Below, in pieces: positions 1-9,534 of a stretch of DNA of 64,000 bases; the first letter of the stretch is position 1, and every line of letters starts with the position of its first letter. The notes beneath the pieces are model-generated. The model did no database searches. It saw only the letters and a program-made list of their open reading frames with translations, and was not told the DNA's origin. The stretch comes from an uncultured Gammaproteobacteria bacterium. GTDB lineage: Bacteria; Patescibacteriota; Microgenomatia; Levybacterales; GWA1-39-11. The stretch covers positions 12,545 to 76,544 of the forward strand of contig CAZHDZ010000005.1 of NCBI GenBank assembly GCA_964531275.1, read 5' to 3'. Position numbers and translations under genes: made by a program.

Positions 1-331
1 GATTTTGTCCAAAGAATGACGTTTCCGGGGTTTTGACTGTTACATTTGAAATGGCTGAAGGATTATAGGTAAGTTCTATTTGGGCACCTGCCGCAGGCTT
101 ACCTTGAGTATCTATCACTACATTTACTGATTGAGTACTGGGCCCCGTTGAAGCGTCAAGAGTAGACGGCTCGAAAGACATTGCCGCAAAGGGTTGAACT
201 TGGGTTGGTGTAGTTTCATTTGGGTCGTTTGATAATAGATTCTGGCCTTGATCAGATCTGACTGCTAAGAAGATAAGAATTCCTGTAATGATTGCAAGAA
301 TTACAATAAGTATGGTGGTTTTTTTTGGCAT
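1..331 (-). CDS. Partial (3' end off-window) membrane-anchored surface protein with cohesin-like beta-sandwich module
   Basis: Minus-strand ATG at 329-331 gives MPKKTTILIVILAIITGILIFLAV... (N-terminal TM anchor), then ...QSVNVVIDTQGKPAAGAQIELTYNP, resembling the '...LKYDP..V' modules in ORFs 356-2479 and 6464-7132. Runs off the window start. Not in the ORF track because it is incomplete. Confidence 0.4.
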   Translation of the reverse strand, partial: MPKKTTILIVILAIITGILIFLAVRSDQGQNLLSNDPNETTPTQVQPFAAMSFEPSTLDASTGPSTQSVNVVIDTQGKPAAGAQIELTYNPSAISNVTVKTPETSFFGQN

Positions 332-355
332 GTTAGGCAGTAGTATTTATATTAC

Positions 356-2479
356 TTAATCTCCATCTCGTAATGCAAACCCTCTTTGCAATATCTGAAC
401 GTCTATCTCATCGACCGATCCATTATCATTAAGATCTGCAAGCTCACGTATTGCAGTCGTGCATGCAGCTTCATTCTTAACGCAAGCAATCATATATGTC
501 CAGTCGATAATTCCAAGTGTATTATCGTTATTTAAGTCTCCGCTTATTAGGTTCCTTGGAGTTCCTGTCCATATGGTTGAAGCATTTGCTACGCCATTAT
601 TAATTTGCATAGATCCAATAAGTGTTCTGAAGAGAGTGTTATTAACTTTAATTTTTGCTGTATATACTCCTGTGGGGAAAGTTGTGCCCAATGGGAATTG
701 TCCAAAGTAGGAAGAGGACTGTGGGGTATAGGTCATTGTTGCATCAACAGTTTTAACATTGGTATTTGTATTGTCGTATAGCTTTAGCGTTGCGGTTCTT
801 TGTGGGTGTATCGGGGTTGCATTAAGTCCCAGATTTTCAGCCCCAGTGCCTATACCAGGAAGGATAATATTTACATTGATTGCTGTATCATTTGGTGCAA
901 GGGTGGCAGTAGGAACACTTGTTAAGGTAGGTTGTGCCGTTATGGTTGGCGCGGTTGTTATCGTAACAGATGGTGATGTTGCTGCGTTGGTTTTTGTGAC
1001 TACAGTTGATGCTACTGGCCCACCATATTTACCATCTGTCGCTCGTCGGCTATGAACCCAAATGAAATAATTTTTGCCTGGTTTGAATGTATATGTATAC
1101 TGTGTTGAGGTAACTGTTTCGCAAATATCTCCAGAAGTCGCATTCAAACTGTTGTTGCAAGTTCCTAGCGCACTCCAGGTTGTAGTATCTATTCCATCCT
1201 CATTAACTCTCAGATAGTAACCTCCCTCAGCTTTTGCTGAAGCTGTCCATGTTATATTTCGGCTTCCAGAATCTATATTGCCTGATGGTTGAAGATTGGC
1301 TGGCGGAATAATGGTCACGTCATAGTTGGGATTTGTTGAGATGGGTCCAACCAGCACCTCATATCCGTAAGTGCAAGTCTCACTGTATTTACCATTTTGA
1401 CCCTTAATTCTGAATTTAGGTCTATATGTACCATTAACAGTATAAATATGTTCTATGTAATCAAGTTGGACAGGAGAATCCCATGTTCCATTTCCATCAA
1501 AATCCCATTCATATCCTGCAATTCCTACTCCCAGTGCATTTGACTTTCCAGAACCATGTAAAGCTACTTTGAGTGGGGCAGCTCCTATCGTAGGTGGAAT
1601 AGTTGAAACTCCACATTCAGGAACTCTTGGTACAGGGGTTGTGCTAGGGGATACCGTTGGCGATGGAGTGACATATGCGCATTTAACGCAATTGTATGTG
1701 CCGTTACTGCCAGACACATCAGTACATGTTTTTCCTACATTGCTACCTAAATTAACATAGCAGGAATAAAGTCCTACAGTGCAGCCCACATGACTATTAT
1801 CTCCACAATATACTTGTGATCCAGTTGGTTGTTGGCTTACAGATGGAGAAGGGGAGGTTGTTACGCTTGGCGTTGTCGTCGTAGAGGTATTTGAGGTGAC
1901 AATAAAATTAGTCGCTTCAACTCCGGGTGTTATATCCGTGTACGATCCAGATTTTGTAACAGATGAGTTAATTGCTGTAATTGGAGTTGATCCAGCTGTT
2001 CCTTTAGATTTAAATATTAGACGACCAAGGTTGATATCTCCATTAAGAATAGTTGCGTCTGCCGTTGGCCGCAAGAAGGTGATGTTCATAGTGCCTGCTG
2101 CATTATTTGGAGAAGGGGTTTGAAGGGGGGTTAGGAGTGTAGATCTGTTGCCGTCTTCGTATCTCAAAAGCTCAACCTTATCCTGATCAAATTTTACAGT
2201 TGTTTGGATCGCTGTAATATTCACATTTGCTGCTGTGGTCCTAGCTTTTAGCTCGATCGCGGTTTCTGTCTGTAGCGCTACCTGTACCCGTAAAGGTGCA
2301 TATGAGAGTATAACTTCTTCCCCTGATGCACGTTGCCTCAAATCCTGGGATTGCCTTACTAAATATAATGTAGTAACTAGAGCTGCAGCAACAAATAAAG
2401 CTCCAATACCAAATACAATTTGCTTTCTAGTCAAATTTTTTATAAATTGCATAATAGGGTTAAGGGATTGTTGTTCCAT
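356..2479 (-). CDS. Large cell-surface protein: N-terminal TM anchor, cohesin-like module, S/T/P-rich linkers, Ig/PKD-like middle, C-terminal type-I dockerin (two DxNxDxxxxxxD Ca-binding loops)
   Basis: N-terminal hydrophobic segment IVFGIGALFVAAALVTTLYLV. C-terminal DLNNDNTLGIIDWTYM... and DLNDNGSVDEIDVQILQ match the dockerin Ca-loop spacing (D1,N3,D/N5,D9/12). Long TTTPSVTTSPSPS and PSPTVSPSTTPVP linkers. Confidence 0.7.
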   Translation of the reverse strand: MEQQSLNPIMQFIKNLTRKQIVFGIGALFVAAALVTTLYLVRQSQDLRQRASGEEVILSYAPLRVQVALQTETAIELKARTTAANVNITAIQTTVKFDQDKVELLRYEDGNRSTLLTPLQTPSPNNAAGTMNITFLRPTADATILNGDINLGRLIFKSKGTAGSTPITAINSSVTKSGSYTDITPGVEATNFIVTSNTSTTTTPSVTTSPSPSVSQQPTGSQVYCGDNSHVGCTVGLYSCYVNLGSNVGKTCTDVSGSNGTYNCVKCAYVTPSPTVSPSTTPVPRVPECGVSTIPPTIGAAPLKVALHGSGKSNALGVGIAGYEWDFDGNGTWDSPVQLDYIEHIYTVNGTYRPKFRIKGQNGKYSETCTYGYEVLVGPISTNPNYDVTIIPPANLQPSGNIDSGSRNITWTASAKAEGGYYLRVNEDGIDTTTWSALGTCNNSLNATSGDICETVTSTQYTYTFKPGKNYFIWVHSRRATDGKYGGPVASTVVTKTNAATSPSVTITTAPTITAQPTLTSVPTATLAPNDTAINVNIILPGIGTGAENLGLNATPIHPQRTATLKLYDNTNTNVKTVDATMTYTPQSSSYFGQFPLGTTFPTGVYTAKIKVNNTLFRTLIGSMQINNGVANASTIWTGTPRNLISGDLNNDNTLGIIDWTYMIACVKNEAACTTAIRELADLNDNGSVDEIDVQILQRGFALRDGD

Positions 2480-3338
2480 TTGTTACTGCTATAAAACTAT
2501 CTCTCCATCTATTGTAGTCTGAAATTGTTACATCTCCACCATTAAAATCAGCATATTTTGTTCTACCCTGAGTATTCCCTTCTTTTGCAATAAATTCATC
2601 GCGCCATAAATTAAAATCCTGAATTGTTATGGTTCCACTGCAATTTGCGTCACCTTTGTCCTTAAGTTGGGTATTTGAATTGGCGGTACCACCAGGGCAA
2701 GACCTTGCGGGTGCGACAGTCACAGATGGACTTGGCGTAGGCGATATTTGACATGTGCCGATAGTTTTTGGGTTTCCTCTGCGGTAGATATCTTCTACCC
2801 GATATGGTCCACCACAATATTGACTTGCACATTGATTGTTGTTAGATTGTTCGCAGCTGCATCCAATTGCCCGGCCACTCTGACTACTGCAACTAGTCGG
2901 CTGTGTGGCACTGGGCGCAACGCATTGACCGTTAATGCCTCCACTGTCTGTGAGTTCACATACACCTTCATTCACGCAACCGCCAAATATTGTACAACTT
3001 CCTCCATATTCAGATTTAGGACTGGTGTTCCCATTTGGACTACTATCGTTAACTGATTGACCAGCCGGGGGTAAATCATAGTTTTGTGTACTTTCGATTC
3101 CATGTTGGTATTTTCCTGTTGTGTCTTGATAACAATAAGCTTCACCTGCTGAGCAAGGTGATGAATTCTGTGTCCATATATAACTATCTGGCAGTTTGTC
3201 TGTACCTGGGATAAAAGCCAAAGTTTTATTCATGTCTATTTTAGAATTATCATTTGATGCATCTATTCGTAAATTAATAGGGATTATAAAAAAAAGGCTT
3301 ACAACGAGAAAGAAAATTCGAGGATTAATTTTTACCAT
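2460..3338 (-). CDS. Secreted cysteine-rich protein with C-terminal dockerin-like repeat pair
   Basis: N-terminal signal peptide (MVKINPRIFFLVVSLFFIIPINL). Many Cys (CSSQSGRAIGCSCEQSNNNQCASQYCGG). C-terminal DANCSGTITIQDFNLW and DFNGGDVTISDYNRW show dockerin-like D-x-N-x-(S/G)-x-x-x-x-x-x-D loops. Confidence 0.55.
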   Translation of the reverse strand: MVKINPRIFFLVVSLFFIIPINLRIDASNDNSKIDMNKTLAFIPGTDKLPDSYIWTQNSSPCSAGEAYCYQDTTGKYQHGIESTQNYDLPPAGQSVNDSSPNGNTSPKSEYGGSCTIFGGCVNEGVCELTDSGGINGQCVAPSATQPTSCSSQSGRAIGCSCEQSNNNQCASQYCGGPYRVEDIYRRGNPKTIGTCQISPTPSPSVTVAPARSCPGGTANSNTQLKDKGDANCSGTITIQDFNLWRDEFIAKEGNTQGRTKYADFNGGDVTISDYNRWRDSFIAVTNGTTIP

Positions 3339-3406
3339 AAACTATATAAAGCCAGTTATTTACATAGTAGAGAAGTTAGACTTGAGTGTCAATAAGAAGC
3401 GCATTT

Positions 3407-4723
3407 TTATGGAAGTGGGAATTCTTTAAGGGTTTTTTTAACTTCAAGCGCGATTGCTTTTATTTTTTTATTTTCTGCAATCTCTTTTTTAAAGTTTTTA
3501 AAAAATGGCCCGCGTTCTTCTTTGATTTCCGGTAACACATTCCCTTCACATTCTTTGATAATGTCTGTGATCCACTGACCCAGTACTTTCATCTCTTTTT
3601 CCTTCATGCCGCGTGTAGAGGCTCCTGGTGTTCCGATTCTAATACCAGAAGGGTAAAAGGGTGGAAGGGTATCATAGGGAATAGTATTCTTATTGGTAAT
3701 TATTCCGCCTAATTCTAGCGCGTAAGCAGCGAGTGCTCCATTGACCCCTTTTGACATGGTGTCTATTACAATTAGATGATTTTCGGTTCCACCAGTTGTT
3801 AATTTGAATCCATTTTTTTGAAGAACATCAGCAAGGGTTCTGGCATTTTTGACTATTTGATGAGCATATTTTTTAAATTCTGGAGTCTGTGCCTCTTTTA
3901 GAGCAACAGCGATTGCTGCTGTTTGGTTGTCATGAGGGCCACCTTGAAGTCCTGGAAATACCGCCTTATTTATCTTTTCTGGAAGATCTGGATCCTTTTG
4001 AATTCCTTTATCAGTTACCATAAGCATTGCACCACGCGGACCGCGGAGGGACTTATGTGTTGTTGTCATTATGATGTGAGCATGATTTGCAGGGGAAGGA
4101 TGGGCACCTCCCGCAATAAGACCTGCTATGTGGGATACATCAGCAAGCAGGTAAGCCCCGCACTTATCAGCAATCTTGCCAAATCTTTCAAAATCTATAA
4201 TTCTGGGATATGCAGTGAATCCACATACAATTATTTGTGGCTTTTCTTTCATTGCGAGCTTCTCAATTTCATCCATATCAAGGATTCCGTCGCGAGTTAC
4301 AGGAAAGCTTACGGTTTTGAAATACTTACCAGAGAAAGATACAGGAGACCCATGTGTAAGATGTCCTCCAGATGACAGAGCAAGTCCCATAATTTTGCTT
4401 TTTAGAGGTTCGAGTAGTGCAAAATATACTGCCGTATTTGCAGGACTTCCTGAATAAGGTTGGACATTTACAAAAGGAACGCCAAATACTTTTTTTGCAC
4501 GCTCAATAGCAAGCATTTCTATGTCATCCGCGTTGGCATTTCCCTGGTAATATCTTTTCTTTGAGTATCCTTCAGAATATTTATTAGTAAATACTGAGGC
4601 AAGAGTAGATCTTACTTCTAGGGAGGCGTAATTCTCTGAGGGAATAAGCGTTAGAGTGTCGCGTTGTCTTTTATCTTCTTTCTGGAGTATGGCATAAACT
4701 TCTGGATCTTCTTGGCTTAGCAT
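3407..4723 (-). CDS. glyA: Serine hydroxymethyltransferase
   Basis: Full-length SHMT pattern: LIPSENY, SEGY, GGHLTHG and the PLP-lysine motif TTTHKSLRGPRG. Confidence 0.92.
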   Translation of the reverse strand: MLSQEDPEVYAILQKEDKRQRDTLTLIPSENYASLEVRSTLASVFTNKYSEGYSKKRYYQGNANADDIEMLAIERAKKVFGVPFVNVQPYSGSPANTAVYFALLEPLKSKIMGLALSSGGHLTHGSPVSFSGKYFKTVSFPVTRDGILDMDEIEKLAMKEKPQIIVCGFTAYPRIIDFERFGKIADKCGAYLLADVSHIAGLIAGGAHPSPANHAHIIMTTTHKSLRGPRGAMLMVTDKGIQKDPDLPEKINKAVFPGLQGGPHDNQTAAIAVALKEAQTPEFKKYAHQIVKNARTLADVLQKNGFKLTTGGTENHLIVIDTMSKGVNGALAAYALELGGIITNKNTIPYDTLPPFYPSGIRIGTPGASTRGMKEKEMKVLGQWITDIIKECEGNVLPEIKEERGPFFKNFKKEIAENKKIKAIALEVKKTLKEFPLP

Positions 4724-4792
4724 CTTGATACAAAGAATAAATTAATGGGTCACTTTTGTCAATCTACTAACTTTTTTTGATACTATACATAT

Positions 4793-5383
4793 ATGGATCA
4801 TTTGATGGAAAAATTGGGGTGGAAGAAGATGGCTGTGATTATTGTTGTCGGGTGCTTAGGGCTTATGACATTTGCCTTGATGTCATTGCGAAATGCTGAT
4901 AGGAATAGCATTGTTAATAAAAACGATATAACTCCAGCCCCAACAAATTTAAAGCCAGGGATTGTGAAGACTGTGGAAGGCAACATTTCATCCCTTCAGT
5001 TCAATTCCTCGATCTTCTCAATTACCTATCCTGAAGGATTTCAGGTTGTGAATGTTGCCCCAAATGCTGGTGTTCAAGAATATATACGTTTTGTGAGTCC
5101 ATCAAAAAAAGAAATAAGTGTTGTTGTATTTCCCCGCCAAGAAAGATCACTTGAAGATCTTGCAGCCCCATATGAAGGTGCAGGTTATGAAGGTAGGGAA
5201 ATAATACAAAATGATATGACCGGTAAATATTTCATGGGCGAAAAACAGGCTCTTCGTCTTCGCGAAAAGGTCGCACTATTTCAGAAGGGGTATTCAATAA
5301 TAAGGCTGCAGTTGTCATATGCAGGGGAAAAAGATCCTATTATAGAGGCTCAGTATGACGCTATGCTAGCGAGTCTTGAATAA
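4793..5383 (+). CDS. Hypothetical membrane-anchored protein
   Basis: N-terminal TM (MAVIIVVGCLGLMTFALMSL). No recognisable domain. Confidence 0.45.
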   Translation: MDHLMEKLGWKKMAVIIVVGCLGLMTFALMSLRNADRNSIVNKNDITPAPTNLKPGIVKTVEGNISSLQFNSSIFSITYPEGFQVVNVAPNAGVQEYIRFVSPSKKEISVVVFPRQERSLEDLAAPYEGAGYEGREIIQNDMTGKYFMGEKQALRLREKVALFQKGYSIIRLQLSYAGEKDPIIEAQYDAMLASLE

Positions 5384-5403
5384 CCCTTCGATGCGCTCAG
5401 GGT

Positions 5404-6414
5404 TTAATTGCCGATTACCCCTCCCCACTCAACGGCGGTAAATCCGATTCTTTGAGGAGTTGGGGGAAGAGTTAACTCTTCATAATTTTCAGGAACATTC
5501 TCCAGAGGTTTGAAATATGCGATGAATTCAATAAATGTATCTGGTTTCGGTGAAATCAGAACTTGATCAAGCCGCTGCTTCTCATCTTTTTCTAAGATAG
5601 AGACAAACCAGTATGGGGAATCGTAAGCTGAAAGGCGGGGGAGCCACCAATCTAAGAATTCATCTTTTTCATCTTCTCGTGTTAGACCAAGTCTTTCTAT
5701 AAAATTCGTTAATTCTTCTTTGAGATTTTCTCTTTTAAAGATAAATCCTGCTTTCGGTTGTTTTACGTCTTTTGTCTCTGATTCGTAGAATAATTCACGA
5801 TACGGTTTGTCATTGTAAAAAAGAATACCATTAGGATGTGCCATAACATCGCTCCAGCCTTGGCTCGACTCAATATTGTTGTGGCGGCCATTTACCTCAA
5901 TTTGTGGATCGCTTATGACAACTTTACCTTCGGTAATTACTTTGACATCTACTAGAGTAGGAGTTGTAGGGTAGAGATAAATCACTGGTTTCCCTATGCA
6001 GTACCAGCCATCGCCTTCTCTAGCAAGAGTTCTGCACCAGCCAGAATTGTTAAAGTCAGCGCAAACAGCATCTTTGGTTCCTGGCATAGATGATTTAGAT
6101 TGGTCAAAATCGGTACATTGACTATCTTTGCAGTACACAAGATATGCAATGCAATTTGTGCATACATTCGGGTCAACCTTTTTGGACATGTCATGATTGC
6201 ATGCGTCTCCTACTGGGGTCGGTTTTGGTTGGAAAGTGAGCTTTTTTAATTGAAGATTTTTTTTCTGCGAGTCACCAGATGTAATCGGGCTTTCGTATTT
6301 TTCATTTGGATTTGTGGTTGAGATGTTGAACATCTTGCCGCTTGTAATGAGGAATGCAAAAGCAGTAACAAGAATAAGGACCGGAATGACAATGTTAATG
6401 TAACCTTTACTCAT
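5404..6414 (-). CDS. Hypothetical membrane-anchored extracellular protein (Cys-rich N-terminal part)
   Basis: N-terminal TM (INIVIPVLILVTAFAFLI). CNHDM..CTNCIAYLVYCKDSQC cysteine cluster. No family recognised. Confidence 0.45.
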   Translation of the reverse strand: MSKGYINIVIPVLILVTAFAFLITSGKMFNISTTNPNEKYESPITSGDSQKKNLQLKKLTFQPKPTPVGDACNHDMSKKVDPNVCTNCIAYLVYCKDSQCTDFDQSKSSMPGTKDAVCADFNNSGWCRTLAREGDGWYCIGKPVIYLYPTTPTLVDVKVITEGKVVISDPQIEVNGRHNNIESSQGWSDVMAHPNGILFYNDKPYRELFYESETKDVKQPKAGFIFKRENLKEELTNFIERLGLTREDEKDEFLDWWLPRLSAYDSPYWFVSILEKDEKQRLDQVLISPKPDTFIEFIAYFKPLENVPENYEELTLPPTPQRIGFTAVEWGGVIGN

Positions 6415-6463
6415 ATCTATAAGTATGCCACAAAATAGATATAGAGTTCATTAAAAATGAGGA

Positions 6464-7132
6464 CTATGGAGTAATTATTACGTCAAGATCACCTCTAGAA
6501 GGTTTTAGCTTTTTTTGCTGACCGCCCTCTATAGTGTAGAGTTCTGAGAGTTTGAGATCATAGGAAAGTGTTGCTTTGCTTGATTGTTTGTTGGCCGTTG
6601 GGGTAAAGGTTATTGTTGCAAATCTGCCAGAGCCTACAACAGGCGTTGATCCTTCAGGGAGTGAAAAGGAAATAACTACATTCCCAGGATTGTATTTTAC
6701 AGTAGAAAAGAATGCATTCGGGACTATGGAGGTGGTGCCTGTTATTGTTTTTACTTGGACATCACTGACTGTATAAGGGTCATACTTTAATACTACTTTT
6801 CCACCCGAAATACCTGTGGATGTTAGTGTTTGGAGATTTAAGTCAACGGTTGTAGGCGTTGCATTGATTGCGGTTAGGTTATATGTTGAAAAGCCTAATG
6901 ATACTTGTATATTTAACGGATTGCCAAGTTTTTCTGCGCTAGGTGCTATTGTCCCTTTCTTTACTGATACTGATTTGAGCATAAAGAAAGTAGCTATGAT
7001 GATAACTAAGAGTATCCCTATCGCCCCAAGAGAGATTAGTAATTTTTTCTTTCCAGACTTTTTGACTTGTTCTGGAGGTATTTGGGTTGTGGGCAGTTGT
7101 TCTTCCATATAATTTAGTAGGGATTCTGGCAT
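6464..7132 (-). CDS. Membrane-anchored protein with cohesin-like module
   Basis: TM anchor (LLISLGAIGILLVIIIATFFML), then LTAINATPTTVDLNLQ...VVLKYDPYTVSDVQV...GRFATITFTPTAN, which resembles the cohesin-like module of ORF 356-2479. Confidence 0.45.
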   Translation of the reverse strand: MPESLLNYMEEQLPTTQIPPEQVKKSGKKKLLISLGAIGILLVIIIATFFMLKSVSVKKGTIAPSAEKLGNPLNIQVSLGFSTYNLTAINATPTTVDLNLQTLTSTGISGGKVVLKYDPYTVSDVQVKTITGTTSIVPNAFFSTVKYNPGNVVISFSLPEGSTPVVGSGRFATITFTPTANKQSSKATLSYDLKLSELYTIEGGQQKKLKPSRGDLDVIITP

Positions 7133-8868
7133 GTGCCTGTTGTGCCGGTCCCTACGCAGAACCCTCCACAGCCGCTACATGCGATATTACTTCCAGCATT
7201 GGGTCCGGACATATTATTTGCGCTTGGGTTGCATGGCCTACCTGGTAGATTACAAGACCCACCAGCGGGGGGGGCACCTTGCGGAAGCTGACAGCAAAGT
7301 GCTTTGTCAGTATTGTAAAACGCTTTACATGCATCATTTCCTCCAGAATTTAGTACCTCACTTCCCATACAGGTATCTACATTGGCTCTGCAAACCTGAT
7401 GGATATTTGATGCAGGGATGTAGTCATTGCAAGTGCTACCCGTTGATACTGGTGTTACTGTGGCGGTTGGTCCGGTTGCGGCGGTTGGAGTAGGAGTTGC
7501 TTCCGGAGTTTTGCATGTATTATCTCTCCACTCAGTGCCTGCAGGGCAGCATCGACCTTGACTTCCAGACACGATGCATACATTTGGTACTGCACACTGC
7601 CATGGGCCCTGTACTGGATTGCATAGGCCGCCTTGAGCTGTAGGCACAAATGGAGTAGGGGTAACAGTTGTTACGGGTGTTACTGTTGGGCTAGGTGATG
7701 TAGATCCTCCGCCTGTTCCTGGGGCACATATGTAGAAATATCTTTGTTGTGGGTATTTCCAATCGCAGTAATCATCGTATCCGGAAGGATCATTGGGTCT
7801 TTTTCTTTCTTGCCAGAGCAAGTTGTTGGTAGCGGTTGTCTGAGACGTAGCACATGAGGCAGTTCCTTGAGGTTGTAATGTGGTGTAGGTTGGGACGGAG
7901 TCACCGCAGTAGCCGTTCCCTGGAGGGGTTGGAGTTGGAGTGCTGCTGCCTGCGCCATTATCGGGACCAAGAGGACTCCCACCTGTCTTTTTGCAACACG
8001 TTCCGCCCTTGCTGCCGCAACTAAAATAAGTGGTTTTTGGTTGGGGAGAATTATAGGTTGAATTACAGGATGGTAGGCACATATACAATTCTTCATTTGG
8101 GCCTGTAAGCTCACAGTGATTATAGGTTGATTCTAGGCATCTGCCGGATGATCTACTGCAGCTTCCTGAATCACACACAGCATCTTGGTATATCGTAGTT
8201 CCTCCCGGTTTGAAGGCACAGATGCTTCCGGGTGTAAGACTTCCATGTGTTGCACAGGATCCCTTGCCGACACCGACTCCCTCTGGTTGCACACAAGATT
8301 GAGATGAGCTGCAGTAAATACCAGCCCCGCAAAACTTGTCGGTTGATCCCAGGCTTACACACTTTCCGGTTGTTCTGCTACAAGTTCCAGTTCCGCAAGC
8401 TGCGTCTCTATAAAAGGTAGTGCCTCCAGGTTTGGAAACGCAGACAGCATCAATACCCAGACTTCCATTTGTAACACATTCGCCTTGACCTACGCCTGCA
8501 CCAGCAGGTTGTACGCAGGATTCTGAGGTACTGCAGTAAATACCAGCCCCGCAAAACTTGTCAGCTGAACCTAGCTCTACGCATCTACCCGTTGATCTAC
8601 TACAAGAGCCGGAAATACAAGCTGCGTCTCCATAAAAAGTAGTGCTTCCAGGCTTGAAAGAGCAAACATCGCCTGTATTGAGGGTTCCATTCGCAGCGCA
8701 TGATCCTTTACCTACACCTGCACCAGCTGGTTGAACGCAAGTTTGAGTTGAGGTACAGGTTATACCAGCTCCACAATTTTGGTCAGCGAAGCTTTGATTT
8801 ACATTTACAATACCGAAGGTAAAAATGAGTATAAGAGAAGCCAATGTAAGAATAAATAATTTCATCAT
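7114..8868 (-). CDS. Secreted cysteine-rich protein with three tandem ~75-aa repeats
   Basis: Signal peptide MMKLFILTLASLILIFTFGIVNV. Repeat FCGAGIYCS(T/S)S(E/Q)SCVQP(A/E)G(A/V)GVG(Q/K)G.C...G...C..KPGGTT.Y.DA.C.SG.CSR..G.C occurs three times, plus a Cys- and Thr/Pro-rich C-terminal half. DNA copies are diverged except for a ~30-nt identical core at about 8313-8343 and 8533-8562. Confidence 0.6.
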   Translation of the reverse strand: MMKLFILTLASLILIFTFGIVNVNQSFADQNCGAGITCTSTQTCVQPAGAGVGKGSCAANGTLNTGDVCSFKPGSTTFYGDAACISGSCSRSTGRCVELGSADKFCGAGIYCSTSESCVQPAGAGVGQGECVTNGSLGIDAVCVSKPGGTTFYRDAACGTGTCSRTTGKCVSLGSTDKFCGAGIYCSSSQSCVQPEGVGVGKGSCATHGSLTPGSICAFKPGGTTIYQDAVCDSGSCSRSSGRCLESTYNHCELTGPNEELYMCLPSCNSTYNSPQPKTTYFSCGSKGGTCCKKTGGSPLGPDNGAGSSTPTPTPPGNGYCGDSVPTYTTLQPQGTASCATSQTTATNNLLWQERKRPNDPSGYDDYCDWKYPQQRYFYICAPGTGGGSTSPSPTVTPVTTVTPTPFVPTAQGGLCNPVQGPWQCAVPNVCIVSGSQGRCCPAGTEWRDNTCKTPEATPTPTAATGPTATVTPVSTGSTCNDYIPASNIHQVCRANVDTCMGSEVLNSGGNDACKAFYNTDKALCCQLPQGAPPAGGSCNLPGRPCNPSANNMSGPNAGSNIACSGCGGFCVGTGTTGTCQNPY

Positions 8869-8903
8869 TAATTTACTTTATAAGTACTAAGTACCATTGT
8901 CAA

Positions 8904-9494
8904 TTAATTGCATCCCGTAGGGTCTCCGTCTTTTGTGGTCTGTATATCTCCGCCTCTCCAGCCTCCCTCTCCTTGTATCCCACCAGAATATAAAGATATT
9001 TTCCAGGTTTTATCGTTAAATCCATATTCATTACTCAAGGCTAGTGGGAATTTACCCTCTGGGGATGTAAATTTTTGAGTGGACAGTGTTTTTAAGCCAT
9101 TATCGTTAATTTCCAACTTGATATATCCATCTTTAGTGCCCTTAACATTTACAAAACCGTCTTTATAAGAAGATTTTCCACTTTTGCAGGTAGGAGTAAT
9201 ATCAAAACTTAGACTCCAGGAGTTGGTTGTTGGAGAAGTTGTTGGAGAGGTCGTAGTAGCGGGACTGGTAGTAGGGGAAGCAGAGCCAGCACTGGCAGGT
9301 GCTGATGGGGTGATGGTTACCGGTGAGGCTTCATTTCCTGAAGATAAAGACTCAACGCCACCTACAAACATGACAGCAAAGATGACAACCATAATGATAA
9401 TCACTATATATATGGAAGACTGACCGGATTGGTTGTCAGTGGCTGGTGGTTGGTGGTTGGAGAAGGAAATGTTTTTGAAAGTATTTTTAAACAT
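8904..9494 (-). CDS. Hypothetical membrane-anchored protein with S/T/P linker
   Basis: TM (IYIVIIIMVVIFAVMFVGGV) followed by PTTSPATTTSPTTSPTT linker and a globular C-terminus. Confidence 0.45.
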   Translation of the reverse strand: MFKNTFKNISFSNHQPPATDNQSGQSSIYIVIIIMVVIFAVMFVGGVESLSSGNEASPVTITPSAPASAGSASPTTSPATTTSPTTSPTTNSWSLSFDITPTCKSGKSSYKDGFVNVKGTKDGYIKLEINDNGLKTLSTQKFTSPEGKFPLALSNEYGFNDKTWKISLYSGGIQGEGGWRGGDIQTTKDGDPTGCN

Positions 9495-9534
9495 ATTTTA
9501 TTTTAGCTCTAATTACTAATCACTATCCACCAGC

